DNA of 64,000 nucleotides from a virus. The DNA is taken from the IMG/VR virus record IMGVR_UViG_3300005732_000005, positions 32,001-96,000 of that record; one strand, 5' to 3'. Below, one piece after another: positions 10,219 to 18,753 of this stretch. The position numbers and the translations under genes were made by a program. Within the stretch, counting starts at the first letter, position 1; each line of letters begins with the position of its first letter. A model generated the notes under the pieces. It was not told the DNA's origin and searched no databases. It saw nothing but the letters and a program-made list of their open reading frames with translations.

Positions 10219-10578
10219 CTACTTTTTCTTAGGGCTTAGAATAGCAAACTCTTTCTTGCTAATCAACCCTTTTCTATATCTACCTTTAATTAATTGGTTC
10301 TCAATATAATCACTCAATACAATCAAATCATATTCTTTCGAAGGATTCCATTTTCGCGTATATTGGAATGTCTTGTCAAGTCTTTCTTTCAACCATTTTG
10401 TTTCTACTTCAATTGTATACTCTTGTTCTTTAGGAGGATCTACCCCACCATTATCCTCTAATCGAGTTCTCTTTACAAAGTAAGACACTACTTTTGCATA
10501 AGGAGCATCTTCTTTGAAACAAGGTTCATTGAGGTAAGACTTCCATCCATTCTCCCTAAAATCTTCATACTTCTTCAA
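10219..10578 (-). CDS. hypothetical protein
   Basis: ORF in the minus-strand operon. Confidence 0.6.
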   Translation of the reverse strand: MKKYEDFRENGWKSYLNEPCFKEDAPYAKVVSYFVKRTRLEDNGGVDPPKEQEYTIEVETKWLKERLDKTFQYTRKWNPSKEYDLIVLSDYIENQLIKGRYRKGLISKKEFAILSPKKK

Positions 10579-11056
10579 AAGATTCTTCTCCGTAGTCTAG
10601 ATAATCAAAATCACTTAGGTAACACAACTCTACAAGCTCCTGTATGGCTTTAGGGAGAGAGTTGTAATATTCTGATACGATGGCTTCACTATCATACAAA
10701 ACACTCTCAAAACGCTTCCTGTTGCTTATATAGTAGCATTTCTCTGACATAAAGCGGATTTCTAAAAGTTGTTTCTCTGTATCAGTGAAAAGTTCTACAT
10801 TAAAACTTTCTTGCTTCAAGGCATACTCTTCTTCCCACCAATACTCCACTAGAGAAAGATTATCCCTTGATAAAATAAGTTGGAACACTATACCAGCATT
10901 ACCCCATTCTAGGCAAGGGAGTGTTTTATCACCACCTTCCAACTTAACGTGTTTTCTGCATTTATGACTCTTTCGTTTAAACTTTCTTTCATATCCAACC
11001 TCCTCTGCCAGAACAGGGAATGGTAGTGATGTGTCTAGTGGTTTAAAGTTTTTCAT
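10565..11056 (-). CDS. hypothetical protein
   Basis: ORF in the minus-strand operon, ATGA coupling. Confidence 0.65.
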   Translation of the reverse strand: MKNFKPLDTSLPFPVLAEEVGYERKFKRKSHKCRKHVKLEGGDKTLPCLEWGNAGIVFQLILSRDNLSLVEYWWEEEYALKQESFNVELFTDTEKQLLEIRFMSEKCYYISNRKRFESVLYDSEAIVSEYYNSLPKAIQELVELCYLSDFDYLDYGEESFEEV

Positions 11057-11265
11057 TTCGTGCCTCCCCTTCTGTTAATTTTCTCATTAGCCTCTATAAA
11101 CCAAAGGAACTTTGAAAGTTCTTTTATATCCTCTGAACCGTAATCATGCAGGTAAGAAATCATATCCACCCTGACACCTCCTCTTTCTTTACACCATCCA
11201 ATCATGCCTACATCCTCACCTTTATATAATAACTTATTACCTCTCTTATTCCAGATATTTTTCAT
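11053..11265 (-). CDS. hypothetical protein
   Basis: ATGA coupling, GAGGAGG SD. Confidence 0.65.
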   Translation of the reverse strand: MKNIWNKRGNKLLYKGEDVGMIGWCKERGGVRVDMISYLHDYGSEDIKELSKFLWFIEANEKINRRGGTK

Positions 11266-11471
11266 AAAACAACCTCCTCTTTAATAATCTCAAATTTCCA
11301 CGTATCATAATCCATATCACAAATTAACTTATGAGAATTCTTCTCAAGCCAAGATGCCTTTACGTGATCGTGTGTCTGTGTGGGCAATATCACCTCATCA
11401 AAGACAACCTTGTCAAATAAATCTTCATATAAAGATGATAATGTAATTTTAATAAAGTATTTTGTTTTCAT
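11262..11471 (-). CDS. hypothetical protein
   Basis: AGGAG SD. Confidence 0.65.
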   Translation of the reverse strand: MKTKYFIKITLSSLYEDLFDKVVFDEVILPTQTHDHVKASWLEKNSHKLICDMDYDTWKFEIIKEEVVL

Positions 11472-11482
11472 AAAAGTTTCTC

Positions 11483-11929
11483 CTAAACGTAACCATTAAA
11501 GAGAGCATACCCTCTTACAAAGTAAAAGTAAACCTTTCTTAGAAAATAATTTACCTTATATTGTTTCATTTGATCAAGGAATATCTCATCAATAACTTTT
11601 CTTGTGTAAAATTTATAATCCTCTGTTCCATGAAACATTTGACAAAGAACATCATGCACACAAGAAGGTTCTTTCAAAATTTGTTCACCATTGTCATCAA
11701 GGTATCCATCCCAAACACCAACCTTTACCCCAAGGATATTAAATTTAGGAGAACATCCATCCCAAGAGTAACCTTTGTAGATATGGAGAATACCTTCGTG
11801 AGAGATTTCTGCCAAGAGTTGTTTTGTTTTCTTTCTGTAGATATATCTTGCCTCCCCATTATATTCTGGTAGGTGAAATTTTAAATCTTCTTCAAGGGTG
11901 AATTTTTGAGTGATACGTTTTATTGGCAT
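11483..11929 (-). CDS. DUF1353-family protein
   Basis: GYSWDGCS, SCVHDVLCQ, D.IF...M, VRG pattern; start moved to ATG 11929 (AGGAG SD). Confidence 0.75.
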   Translation of the reverse strand: MPIKRITQKFTLEEDLKFHLPEYNGEARYIYRKKTKQLLAEISHEGILHIYKGYSWDGCSPKFNILGVKVGVWDGYLDDNGEQILKEPSCVHDVLCQMFHGTEDYKFYTRKVIDEIFLDQMKQYKVNYFLRKVYFYFVRGYALFNGYV

Positions 11930-11963
11930 GGATTTTCTCCTGTTTAATACGTTGTTAGGGGAG

Positions 11964-11992
11964 AGTTTATATTGGTGAGAGGGTGTTGTCAA
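11964..11992 (-). promoter_or_regulatory. sigma70-type promoter
   Basis: TTGACA-N17-TAAACT. Confidence 0.6.
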
Positions 11993-12005
11993 GGAAATTT
12001 AGGTA

Positions 12006-12043
12006 ATAAAAAAGCCCGAACCTTTTTACAGGAACGGGCTTTC
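12006..12043 (-). terminator. Rho-independent terminator
   Basis: Minus strand AAAGCCCGTTCCT-GTAAAA-AGGTTCGGGC followed by TTTTTT. Confidence 0.85.
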
Positions 12044-12169
12044 GGAGGAGAAGCAACTTTACGCAAGTTGTCAGCGAAGAGGGAGAAGGAGAGAAACCCC
12101 TCTTAAAGTGGATGTCTGGGAGGAGAAATCAGACAAAGAGATTATTGTTATTATTAAGGGAGAAATATT
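12006..12169 (-). ncRNA. candidate structured RNA with five UCUCC anti-SD motifs
   Basis: Three hairpins plus terminator; five GGAGA copies on the plus strand (12047, 12082, 12088, 12122, 12159); no ORF. Confidence 0.5.
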
Positions 12170-12388
12170 TTAGTAAAGGTCATCTGGTAGGATAGGTAAG
12201 TCTAACCCTAAGTCAGAAAAGTTAATCTGTTCTTCTTCAACATAAGATTCGGATTTATTCTGGCAATTGTTACAATAAGGATCATCTACTGTAATAACCT
12301 TATATTTGCCAGATTTCTCTGGATGAGGGACTTTTACCTGCCTAGTGGGATAACCTATTTTTGCATTACATGCGATACACGTTGGCAT
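12170..12388 (-). CDS. small Zn-finger protein
   Basis: CIAC...CNNC; AAGGA SD. Confidence 0.65.
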   Translation of the reverse strand: MPTCIACNAKIGYPTRQVKVPHPEKSGKYKVITVDDPYCNNCQNKSESYVEEEQINFSDLGLDLPILPDDLY

Positions 12389-12511
12389 AAGGATTCCTTT
12401 TTTAGGAGTAAATTTGTTTAAAGAAAGTCTCTATTTAGAAACTTTAGTTTTTAGGAGGGTTATTATGAAAACAAGAAATTTTCTTTAAACAAACTTTTCA
12501 ATTTATAATTA

Positions 12512-12540
12512 ATGATAACAGTGTTTTTGAAGTGTGTCAA
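12512..12540 (-). promoter_or_regulatory. promoter with -35 and extended -10
   Basis: TTGACA-N17-TATCAT with TG extension. Confidence 0.7.
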
Positions 12541-12553
12541 CTGTTTTGGGAAT

Positions 12554-12628
12554 TGGAGCGACATATCGGTTACGATCCGATGACTCCGACTTGGAAGGAC
12601 GGGATTTTTCCAATTAAACTAATGTCGC
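12554..12628 (-). tRNA. tRNA-Gly (anticodon TCC)
   Basis: Cloverleaf: acceptor GCGACAT/ATGTCGC, anticodon loop CTTCCAA, T stem ATCGG/CCGAT, encoded CCA end. Confidence 0.92.
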
Positions 12629-12838
12629 AATGTTGGAGATTTTTATAACCGTGATCTCCTGAGCTACCAAACTTATTTAAATTTAATCCATAGGTGGCTG
12701 GGTTAATACTTCCCCATTTACTGACTCCGACAACTAATGTTCCCCGACTCACTACTTTACTACAGTATCTCTTGCCTGTCACACACTTACTCGCACACGG
12801 GCTGAACCTTAGGATTAAAACTTTTTATTCAGGTTTAT

Positions 12839-12991
12839 CTAGTCCCACAACTCTTCATTCCAAACAAAGACACCATCTTCAATCTCAGAATCATCTAACT
12901 CCTTAAAAAGTTCATAACTCTCCAAGAATCTTTGTTTCTGATCTTCTGCTATTTCGTCAAGACGTTCTTTTGTGAAAATATTATCTTCCAT
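12839..12991 (-). CDS. small acidic hypothetical protein (50 aa)
   Basis: AAGGAGG SD before ATG 12991. Confidence 0.65.
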   Translation of the reverse strand: MEDNIFTKERLDEIAEDQKQRFLESYELFKELDDSEIEDGVFVWNEELWD

Positions 12992-13009
12992 AGTAACCTC
13001 CTTTAAAGA

Positions 13010-13352
13010 ATTTGTTTCTTGAGAGTTAGACACCTTACTCAAGAATTGTGTCTCTCAGAAATACATCTAGGCACGTAAGTCCTAAAGTGGGCTGAGAAAT
13101 TACTTTAGTTTCACACTTGACGGTAGTGACTCACCTAAAACAACCTATTCATCTTACAATAAGAGATTACCTCGGTCAATGGTAATTTTATGATTATTTA
13201 TTTAACCCATCTCTTTTAACGTCAAGTTAGGGTAAGCAGTTTTTCTCTGCAATAACTCTCTCACAATGAGATTCTGGACGGTATTGGTAAATGTGTGGAT
13301 TGCATACCAAAACAATCATTATGGCGAACTAATTCATCCATAATCACATCTT
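13010..13352 (-). ncRNA. candidate structured ncRNA / long leader ending in an H-type pseudoknot
   Basis: ORF-free ~340 nt directly after a promoter, with many perfect helices (see findings). Confidence 0.45.
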
Positions 13353-13359
13353 ATAATTA

Positions 13360-13388
13360 ATCATAACAATATTATTTCTGAATGTCAA
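13360..13388 (-). promoter_or_regulatory. promoter for the ncRNA/tRNA cluster
   Basis: TTGACA-N17-TATGAT with TG extension. Confidence 0.75.
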
Positions 13389-13525
13389 ATAGTTTCTGTA
13401 GAAATCCCTAAATAATCCAAACCTTGGTCCTCACCTTTCATATTATACTCCTGTAAAACCGTTGTAAACACGAATATCTCTCATAACCATCTCCTCTTTT
13501 TGTTAATGTATGATTTATTATCGCA

Positions 13526-13759
13526 TTACTTTTTCAAGAGTGCAACCTCTTTCTCTAAAGATTCTATTCTTTCTAGAAGACTACTACCTTCCACTATATC
13601 GTGGATCTTATCCTTACAAGTGATATCTATCTCCAAGTAGTCCAATATTCGCTGAACACCTTCTGACATAAAAGCTTTCTCTTTGTTACAAAGTTTGCTT
13701 GAAGAAAGGGCGTTGTTTTTGGAGAAGTCTTGCTTCATTTGTTGTATTGTATCTTGCAT
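13526..13759 (-). CDS. hypothetical protein
   Basis: 77-aa ORF, GGAG SD. Confidence 0.6.
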   Translation of the reverse strand: MQDTIQQMKQDFSKNNALSSSKLCNKEKAFMSEGVQRILDYLEIDITCKDKIHDIVEGSSLLERIESLEKEVALLKK

Positions 13760-13764
13760 ATATC

Positions 13765-14403
13765 TTACTCTCCAACATAATACCTGTCTAGTAGATCTTC
13801 ATTAACTATGAAGTTTAAATCTTCACCTATTACAGAGAATTTGTCCAGTTTTAGTTTCCGCTTTGACTTCCCTTGTGATCCAACTTTATGACAAAAGAAT
13901 CTAACCTCTTTTCCAGCATACTCTCCACCTTCATACCTTCTTGCATTACTTAGATTTACAGATTTATTGTATCTCGGCTTATATTGTAATATGAAATTAT
14001 CCTCTGCCAAAGAAGTTTCCTTTTCTGTATCAAAGTACTGTATAAATATCCTATTATAGTCTTTATTATTGTGACCAATGATTCTAGAGAAGATGTTACA
14101 AGATTTCCCTATATAATTAACATTCTCATCTTTCTTTAGGAAATAGACTACATTAGCTTTCATATATTGTAAAGACATATACACAGCTTTTATACCCTGC
14201 GATATAGGGAATCCATTATTTTGTGTAGCTGTAAGTATTGTGCAATAGTCTGCCAAAACTTTATCCATCTCAGCTCCAAGCAAAACTAAACCTCGAAGGT
14301 CTTTACTAATGATTTCCTTGTTTCTTACACCGTCCCTTGTTTCATTATAAAGGTTATCCATAACCCTTAGATATTCATCTTCACTAATACTCTCACTTTT
14401 CAT
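13765..14403 (-). CDS. GIY-YIG domain protein
   Basis: VVYFL...NYIGKS.N...R...H...E..FI...KPRYN. Confidence 0.75.
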   Translation of the reverse strand: MKSESISEDEYLRVMDNLYNETRDGVRNKEIISKDLRGLVLLGAEMDKVLADYCTILTATQNNGFPISQGIKAVYMSLQYMKANVVYFLKKDENVNYIGKSCNIFSRIIGHNNKDYNRIFIQYFDTEKETSLAEDNFILQYKPRYNKSVNLSNARRYEGGEYAGKEVRFFCHKVGSQGKSKRKLKLDKFSVIGEDLNFIVNEDLLDRYYVGE

Positions 14404-14568
14404 ACATACTCCTCATATTCTTATTAAATGGTTGCTCCTTATCAGTCGACATTTAGGATCTCCGCTCCTAATGGAAAGTCTCAAATTTTTCAACCAAGAA
14501 AACACCACTTAAATCATAGACTTAGGCAGTGTTTTTACGTGTTACACAATGTGATAAACAGGGGATTT

Positions 14569-15450
14569 TCAAGAGGATAAAATCCCCTCGACATACTCCA
14601 ACTCCCCTCCCTTCAAATACCCTTGCTGGATAAGATAATTAACATAATCAAGATCCTCTCTCACCACGACAGACCACTCTACTCCAAAATATTTCTTCTT
14701 ACTACAAATTTTATATTGCTCAAGTTTAACACTCTCATACTCAGAAAGCAACCCTTCTAAATAATCTAATTCTTCTTGGTCAAGCTCTACATTGTTGAAA
14801 GTGTATTCTACGTAATCATAATCATTGTGTTTAAGAATGATATCTTCCCAACGTGTACCTCTTGGATATTTCTTCCCACCCTTACAAGTTGAAGGATCGT
14901 ATAACATTTCCCAAGCTTGATCAAGAGTTAGATTGTGGTCACGTAACATATACTCTAAAACTAAACCATTTACCAGCGTATCTGATTTTGCACTATGAAG
15001 ATGGATACTATGCTCATCTAAACGTCCATCCTTATACAAACCCCACTGATAATACAATACTCCAAGTTTATGACTCTCAACTTCTTCCTTAGAGTATAAT
15101 ACACGAGCAAGTTTCAATGTGCAAAGTTGTCTAACATTCTCAGGGAAATAATCCTCTGGTAAAACTGCTTTCTCATAAGAGAGGTTGTGTGCGAATACAT
15201 ACTGTTTTCCTTCAAGAGAGTGTTCTTTCAAAACTCTTTCTAAAGAGGGTGCATCTTTCACATCTTCCTCTGTCACCCCGTGAATAGCCATTGCTTCGAA
15301 AGTGATCGGTTCTTGTGGGTTAATCATTGTCCCTCTAGAATCTACTACTTTAAAAGTGCCATCCTTTGTCACACGGAAAATAGTTTCTCCGAATTCACAC
15401 ACCTTACCTTTCATATGTGTTGTTTCTGTATCAATTCCTGATATTAGCAT
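14569..15450 (-). CDS. DEDDh 3'-5' exonuclease (ExoX / DNA Pol III epsilon-like)
   Basis: IDTETT, IHGVT, AHN, LCTLKLAR, HSAKSD. Confidence 0.9.
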   Translation of the reverse strand: MLISGIDTETTHMKGKVCEFGETIFRVTKDGTFKVVDSRGTMINPQEPITFEAMAIHGVTEEDVKDAPSLERVLKEHSLEGKQYVFAHNLSYEKAVLPEDYFPENVRQLCTLKLARVLYSKEEVESHKLGVLYYQWGLYKDGRLDEHSIHLHSAKSDTLVNGLVLEYMLRDHNLTLDQAWEMLYDPSTCKGGKKYPRGTRWEDIILKHNDYDYVEYTFNNVELDQEELDYLEGLLSEYESVKLEQYKICSKKKYFGVEWSVVVREDLDYVNYLIQQGYLKGGELEYVEGILSS

Positions 15451-15713
15451 AACAACTCCTCCTTCAAAATCCTAATCAAATTATCTTTCATATCCCTTGC
15501 CGCAGACATTTCCTTTTGTGTGACATAACAACTCATACAACAAGGATAATTTTCTAGACGTTCAATTGTTGCAAGGATTCTCTCTTGTTGTTCATTCCAA
15601 GAATTCTCTGCAACACACTTTACATCATATACATCTATATCTAAACAGTCATCTGAGTAACCATACCAATTGTGGTGACTGTAATTTTCTTCCCACCAAC
15701 CTTCAAAACTCAT
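15444..15713 (-). CDS. hypothetical protein
   Basis: Coupled ORF. Confidence 0.6.
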   Translation of the reverse strand: MSFEGWWEENYSHHNWYGYSDDCLDIDVYDVKCVAENSWNEQQERILATIERLENYPCCMSCYVTQKEMSAARDMKDNLIRILKEELLC

Positions 15714-15907
15714 AATAATCTCTCCTCGTAATGTTTCAAATAATCAACAGCACCTATATAAAAATCATCGTACTCAGAAAACTCTCCTGAATAGTATAAT
15801 TCCCACTTCAAACTCTCTACACCTGTTGCATCATCTTCAAAGAAAATACCTTCCTCTATAAAGTTCTCCGCCCACAACAACCCTTTCATCCATTGTGATT
15901 GTTTCAT
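15710..15907 (-). CDS. hypothetical protein
   Basis: Coupled ORF. Confidence 0.6.
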   Translation of the reverse strand: MKQSQWMKGLLWAENFIEEGIFFEDDATGVESLKWELYYSGEFSEYDDFYIGAVDYLKHYEERLL

Positions 15908-16164
15908 ACATTACTTCTCAAAATAAACCTAACCTTGTCCCAGAATTTCATTTTTCCTGAAACGTTCTTAATCTGCTTACCCTCTGCAACTGTAAAATGC
16001 CAGTTCAAATCTACAAGTTTATACTCTATCAAAGGACAATGTTTCTTGTCAATGTTTTTGACTAACAAATGGTAACCATCTACCGAAATAGGGTATACAT
16101 CTACCCATACACCGTTTATGTAAAGTTTCATTGGTGCGAGAAGGTCTAGTGTTTGGTATTTCAT
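15904..16164 (-). CDS. hypothetical protein
   Basis: Coupled ORF, GAGGAG SD. Confidence 0.6.
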   Translation of the reverse strand: MKYQTLDLLAPMKLYINGVWVDVYPISVDGYHLLVKNIDKKHCPLIEYKLVDLNWHFTVAEGKQIKNVSGKMKFWDKVRFILRSNV

Positions 16165-16167
16165 ATA

Positions 16168-16380
16168 TTACTCCTCATAAACTAAAATATAATCAAAACA
16201 AAATTTACCACGAATATTTTCTCCCGTCAAATCTTCTAGCAAAGAAATTTCATCTTCGTTGCCAAGCAACATAAAGGATGCCTTTGTTGAAGTGGAGTTT
16301 CTCATTTCCAAAGGTATCTTGTCGATAATATCTTTTGGTAAGATACATTTTAGGAAGACACCTTGTTGTTTAAGGATCAT
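16168..16380 (-). CDS. hypothetical protein
   Basis: Coupled ORF. Confidence 0.55.
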   Translation of the reverse strand: MILKQQGVFLKCILPKDIIDKIPLEMRNSTSTKASFMLLGNEDEISLLEDLTGENIRGKFCFDYILVYEE

Positions 16381-16667
16381 TCTTCTTCCAAATTTACTAG
16401 TTGGTCAGTAAGGTTTTGCAACAACTGATGAACCTTTTGTCGATCTTTCTTACTTTCATTTCGATATTCGAAATAGTCATCAGTATTGTTCACAAAGTTT
16501 CTGTATACCCGAAGGTATCTTTCGTTGAGATTATTTTGCTCAAGAAGTTCTTCGTATGTTGGGTAACGTTTATATTTGTTGCAACTACCTTTCCCACAAG
16601 TGGATGTATATTCTACAAGCTTACCACATGGGTAAGTGGATTCTAGTTTATCGATCATTTCAACCAC
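16377..16667 (-). CDS. hypothetical protein
   Basis: Coupled ORF. Confidence 0.55.
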   Translation of the reverse strand: MVEMIDKLESTYPCGKLVEYTSTCGKGSCNKYKRYPTYEELLEQNNLNERYLRVYRNFVNNTDDYFEYRNESKKDRQKVHQLLQNLTDQLVNLEEE

Positions 16668-17221
16668 TCCCTCACACGTTCACGGTGTTCAGGTAAATAC
16701 AGATTAAATATTTCAACTCCGTGTTTCTGACCTAAAACACAGGCTGTCCGAGTTCCACCCTTCGGAATTACACTACCTTCTTTTTCACTCTTTCCGTAGC
16801 ATAATATAAACCTGCTCGGTGTGTCAAGATCTTTACCTAAAATCTGCATCGTATTCCTAGCGTGTAAACTTTTAGCGCCATTAGAGCACTTACTCCAAGC
16901 AGGGTGTGTTTCCTCTGCTAACTGGTAAGCTTTGCTTTTAAAAGGTAAATCATTTAAGGTGTAGTAACCATCGTCATCACTATCACGCTTGTTGAAATCA
17001 TTCCAAGGTAAATAAATTTCCATTAAAGATTCTTGTAGGTACATACCTAAATTATTATCTCTGAGATATTGTTTAACACCTTTTTCTAAACAGGTATCCG
17101 CTCCATCAGCTCCACCAGAACGTCCAATATAACCCTTTGAAGCTGCTTTGTATGCGAACTTTGTCATAAGGTCTAAAATATCTTCTGGTGTACTTCTACT
17201 TCCAATAAGTGTATAAATCAT
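16655..17221 (-). CDS. DprA/Smf-like SLOG-superfamily protein
   Basis: IGSRSTP, RSGGADGAD, YLPW, LHARN, GGT motifs. Confidence 0.85.
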   Translation of the reverse strand: MIYTLIGSRSTPEDILDLMTKFAYKAASKGYIGRSGGADGADTCLEKGVKQYLRDNNLGMYLQESLMEIYLPWNDFNKRDSDDDGYYTLNDLPFKSKAYQLAEETHPAWSKCSNGAKSLHARNTMQILGKDLDTPSRFILCYGKSEKEGSVIPKGGTRTACVLGQKHGVEIFNLYLPEHRERVREWLK

Positions 17222-18753
17222 TGTTTCCTCCTCTCATTAAATTCTGCTACACATTCCCACCAATAATCAATAGATTCTCTACAAACCTTTATATGTTTCT
17301 TCTCAATGGGGCGTTTTAATTGTATATGGTCGATACTTGTAAATCTACCTAAAGCTACAAATAATCCTGCAACCATATAATCAGGCATCCTTTTCCAAGT
17401 GTAGAAGTAATCTTTCTCAGGATCACCTACATCAATCAAACCTTTCCTGTTAAATGTTTTGCCTTGGCATCTCGCACAAACAAATCCTGCACTTAACTTT
17501 ACAGGAAGCATATACGCACTGTCAATGTGAACTCTGTCTTGCTGCTTAACTTTATCCTTAACGTGAACATTATAAAGTTTATTCAGTTTCTCCCTGCCAA
17601 GATTTTCAGGGACATTCGCTAAACCAAGAGCTTTCACAACTTCTGACCTTAGTTCATAAATATTCAAACTTTCTACAGGAGTCTCGTGGAACTCAATTTC
17701 TTCTTGTTTGAACTCGTGTATTGGGACAAATATTTCTTCACCAGAATCCTTTACCCCAAAAATACCTTCTCCTACAAGAATACCTGTCACAGTGATCTCT
17801 GTACCGTTTTGGTAATTACCTTCAGGGTCGTTTACGAGACAAATACATTTACAACCTTCGGCAAGAGTTACTTCCCATTCCATAGGGAAATCTTTCTTAT
17901 CATACTTAGCACCAAACTCTGCCTTAAAGGTTAACTTAGGGTTAGGATTCTTTTCCAAGTATTCTAGGTTGTATGCATCTACAAGAGCATTTGTTGGTGC
18001 AATATATACACTACCCTCCTCATAATTATCCCCTACTACAAGCTTATTCAAGCCCTTTAAAACAGTGTCATAATGTTGCTCCAATCCGTATCGTATAACA
18101 TAGAGAGCTTTCTTAAACCATATATCTTTAGGAGTCTCTCCTGATTGCCTTTTAACTTCTTGGAATACGTAGTTTGTAAAATTAAACTGTTTCCACAAAT
18201 AGCTACGGAACATCAAATAGTGCCCATACTTACGGATAAGTTTCTCTTTAAGTTGGTCTTCTACAATAGGAAGTCTTTGTAAATTATCTCCAACCAAGAG
18301 TAGTCTAATATTACGCTGTCTTCGTTTGGAATTCCCTTTATTCAGTTTCCTAATCTGATTAAGGATCTGATCCAAGTCTTGACTGTTGTAACAGAAAGCT
18401 TCATCTAAAACAATTATCTTAATAGTGTCACTGCTTGTTAAAGCTCTGATCGCACTACGTTTATAATCTTTAGGTATAGCCTCTCCAACACTCAGGTTGA
18501 AAATCTTATGACCTGTTGCCAAACCAATGTTATCTGGTAAGTTAACAGTTGCAACACCACTACTTCCTCCAAAGATAATTTCTGAACCATAATACTGTGC
18601 CAGAATCCACATCACTGTACTTTTGCCCGTACCAGAGTCACCGTTGAGTGCAGCATGACCTCTTCCAGATACAAAATCTCTTAAAAAGAAATCTTGTTCT
18701 TCTGTTAAAGTGAATGGTAATCCGTCAATAATCTTTTGCAATCTTTCGTTCAC
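17218..18753 (-). CDS. PIF1/RecD-like SF1B DNA helicase
   Basis: GDSGTGKS (Walker A), LDEA, VGDNLQR, VKRQ, NGT, QGKT, VALGR. Confidence 0.9.
   Translation of the reverse strand: MNERLQKIIDGLPFTLTEEQDFFLRDFVSGRGHAALNGDSGTGKSTVMWILAQYYGSEIIFGGSSGVATVNLPDNIGLATGHKIFNLSVGEAIPKDYKRSAIRALTSSDTIKIIVLDEAFCYNSQDLDQILNQIRKLNKGNSKRRQRNIRLLLVGDNLQRLPIVEDQLKEKLIRKYGHYLMFRSYLWKQFNFTNYVFQEVKRQSGETPKDIWFKKALYVIRYGLEQHYDTVLKGLNKLVVGDNYEEGSVYIAPTNALVDAYNLEYLEKNPNPKLTFKAEFGAKYDKKDFPMEWEVTLAEGCKCICLVNDPEGNYQNGTEITVTGILVGEGIFGVKDSGEEIFVPIHEFKQEEIEFHETPVESLNIYELRSEVVKALGLANVPENLGREKLNKLYNVHVKDKVKQQDRVHIDSAYMLPVKLSAGFVCARCQGKTFNRKGLIDVGDPEKDYFYTWKRMPDYMVAGLFVALGRFTSIDHIQLKRPIEKKHIKVCRESIDYWWECVAEFNERRKQ

Noticed and set aside
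12570-12906. ORFs 12570-12782 (-) and 12694-12906 (+)
   Set aside because: They overlap the tRNA or the real 50-aa gene, lack SD sequences and look like chance frames.
13384-13491. Two micro-ORFs (MRDIRVYNGFTGV and MKGEDQGLDYLGISTETI) with SD-like sequences on the minus strand
   Set aside because: Too short to support without conservation or ribosome data; may be gene remnants.
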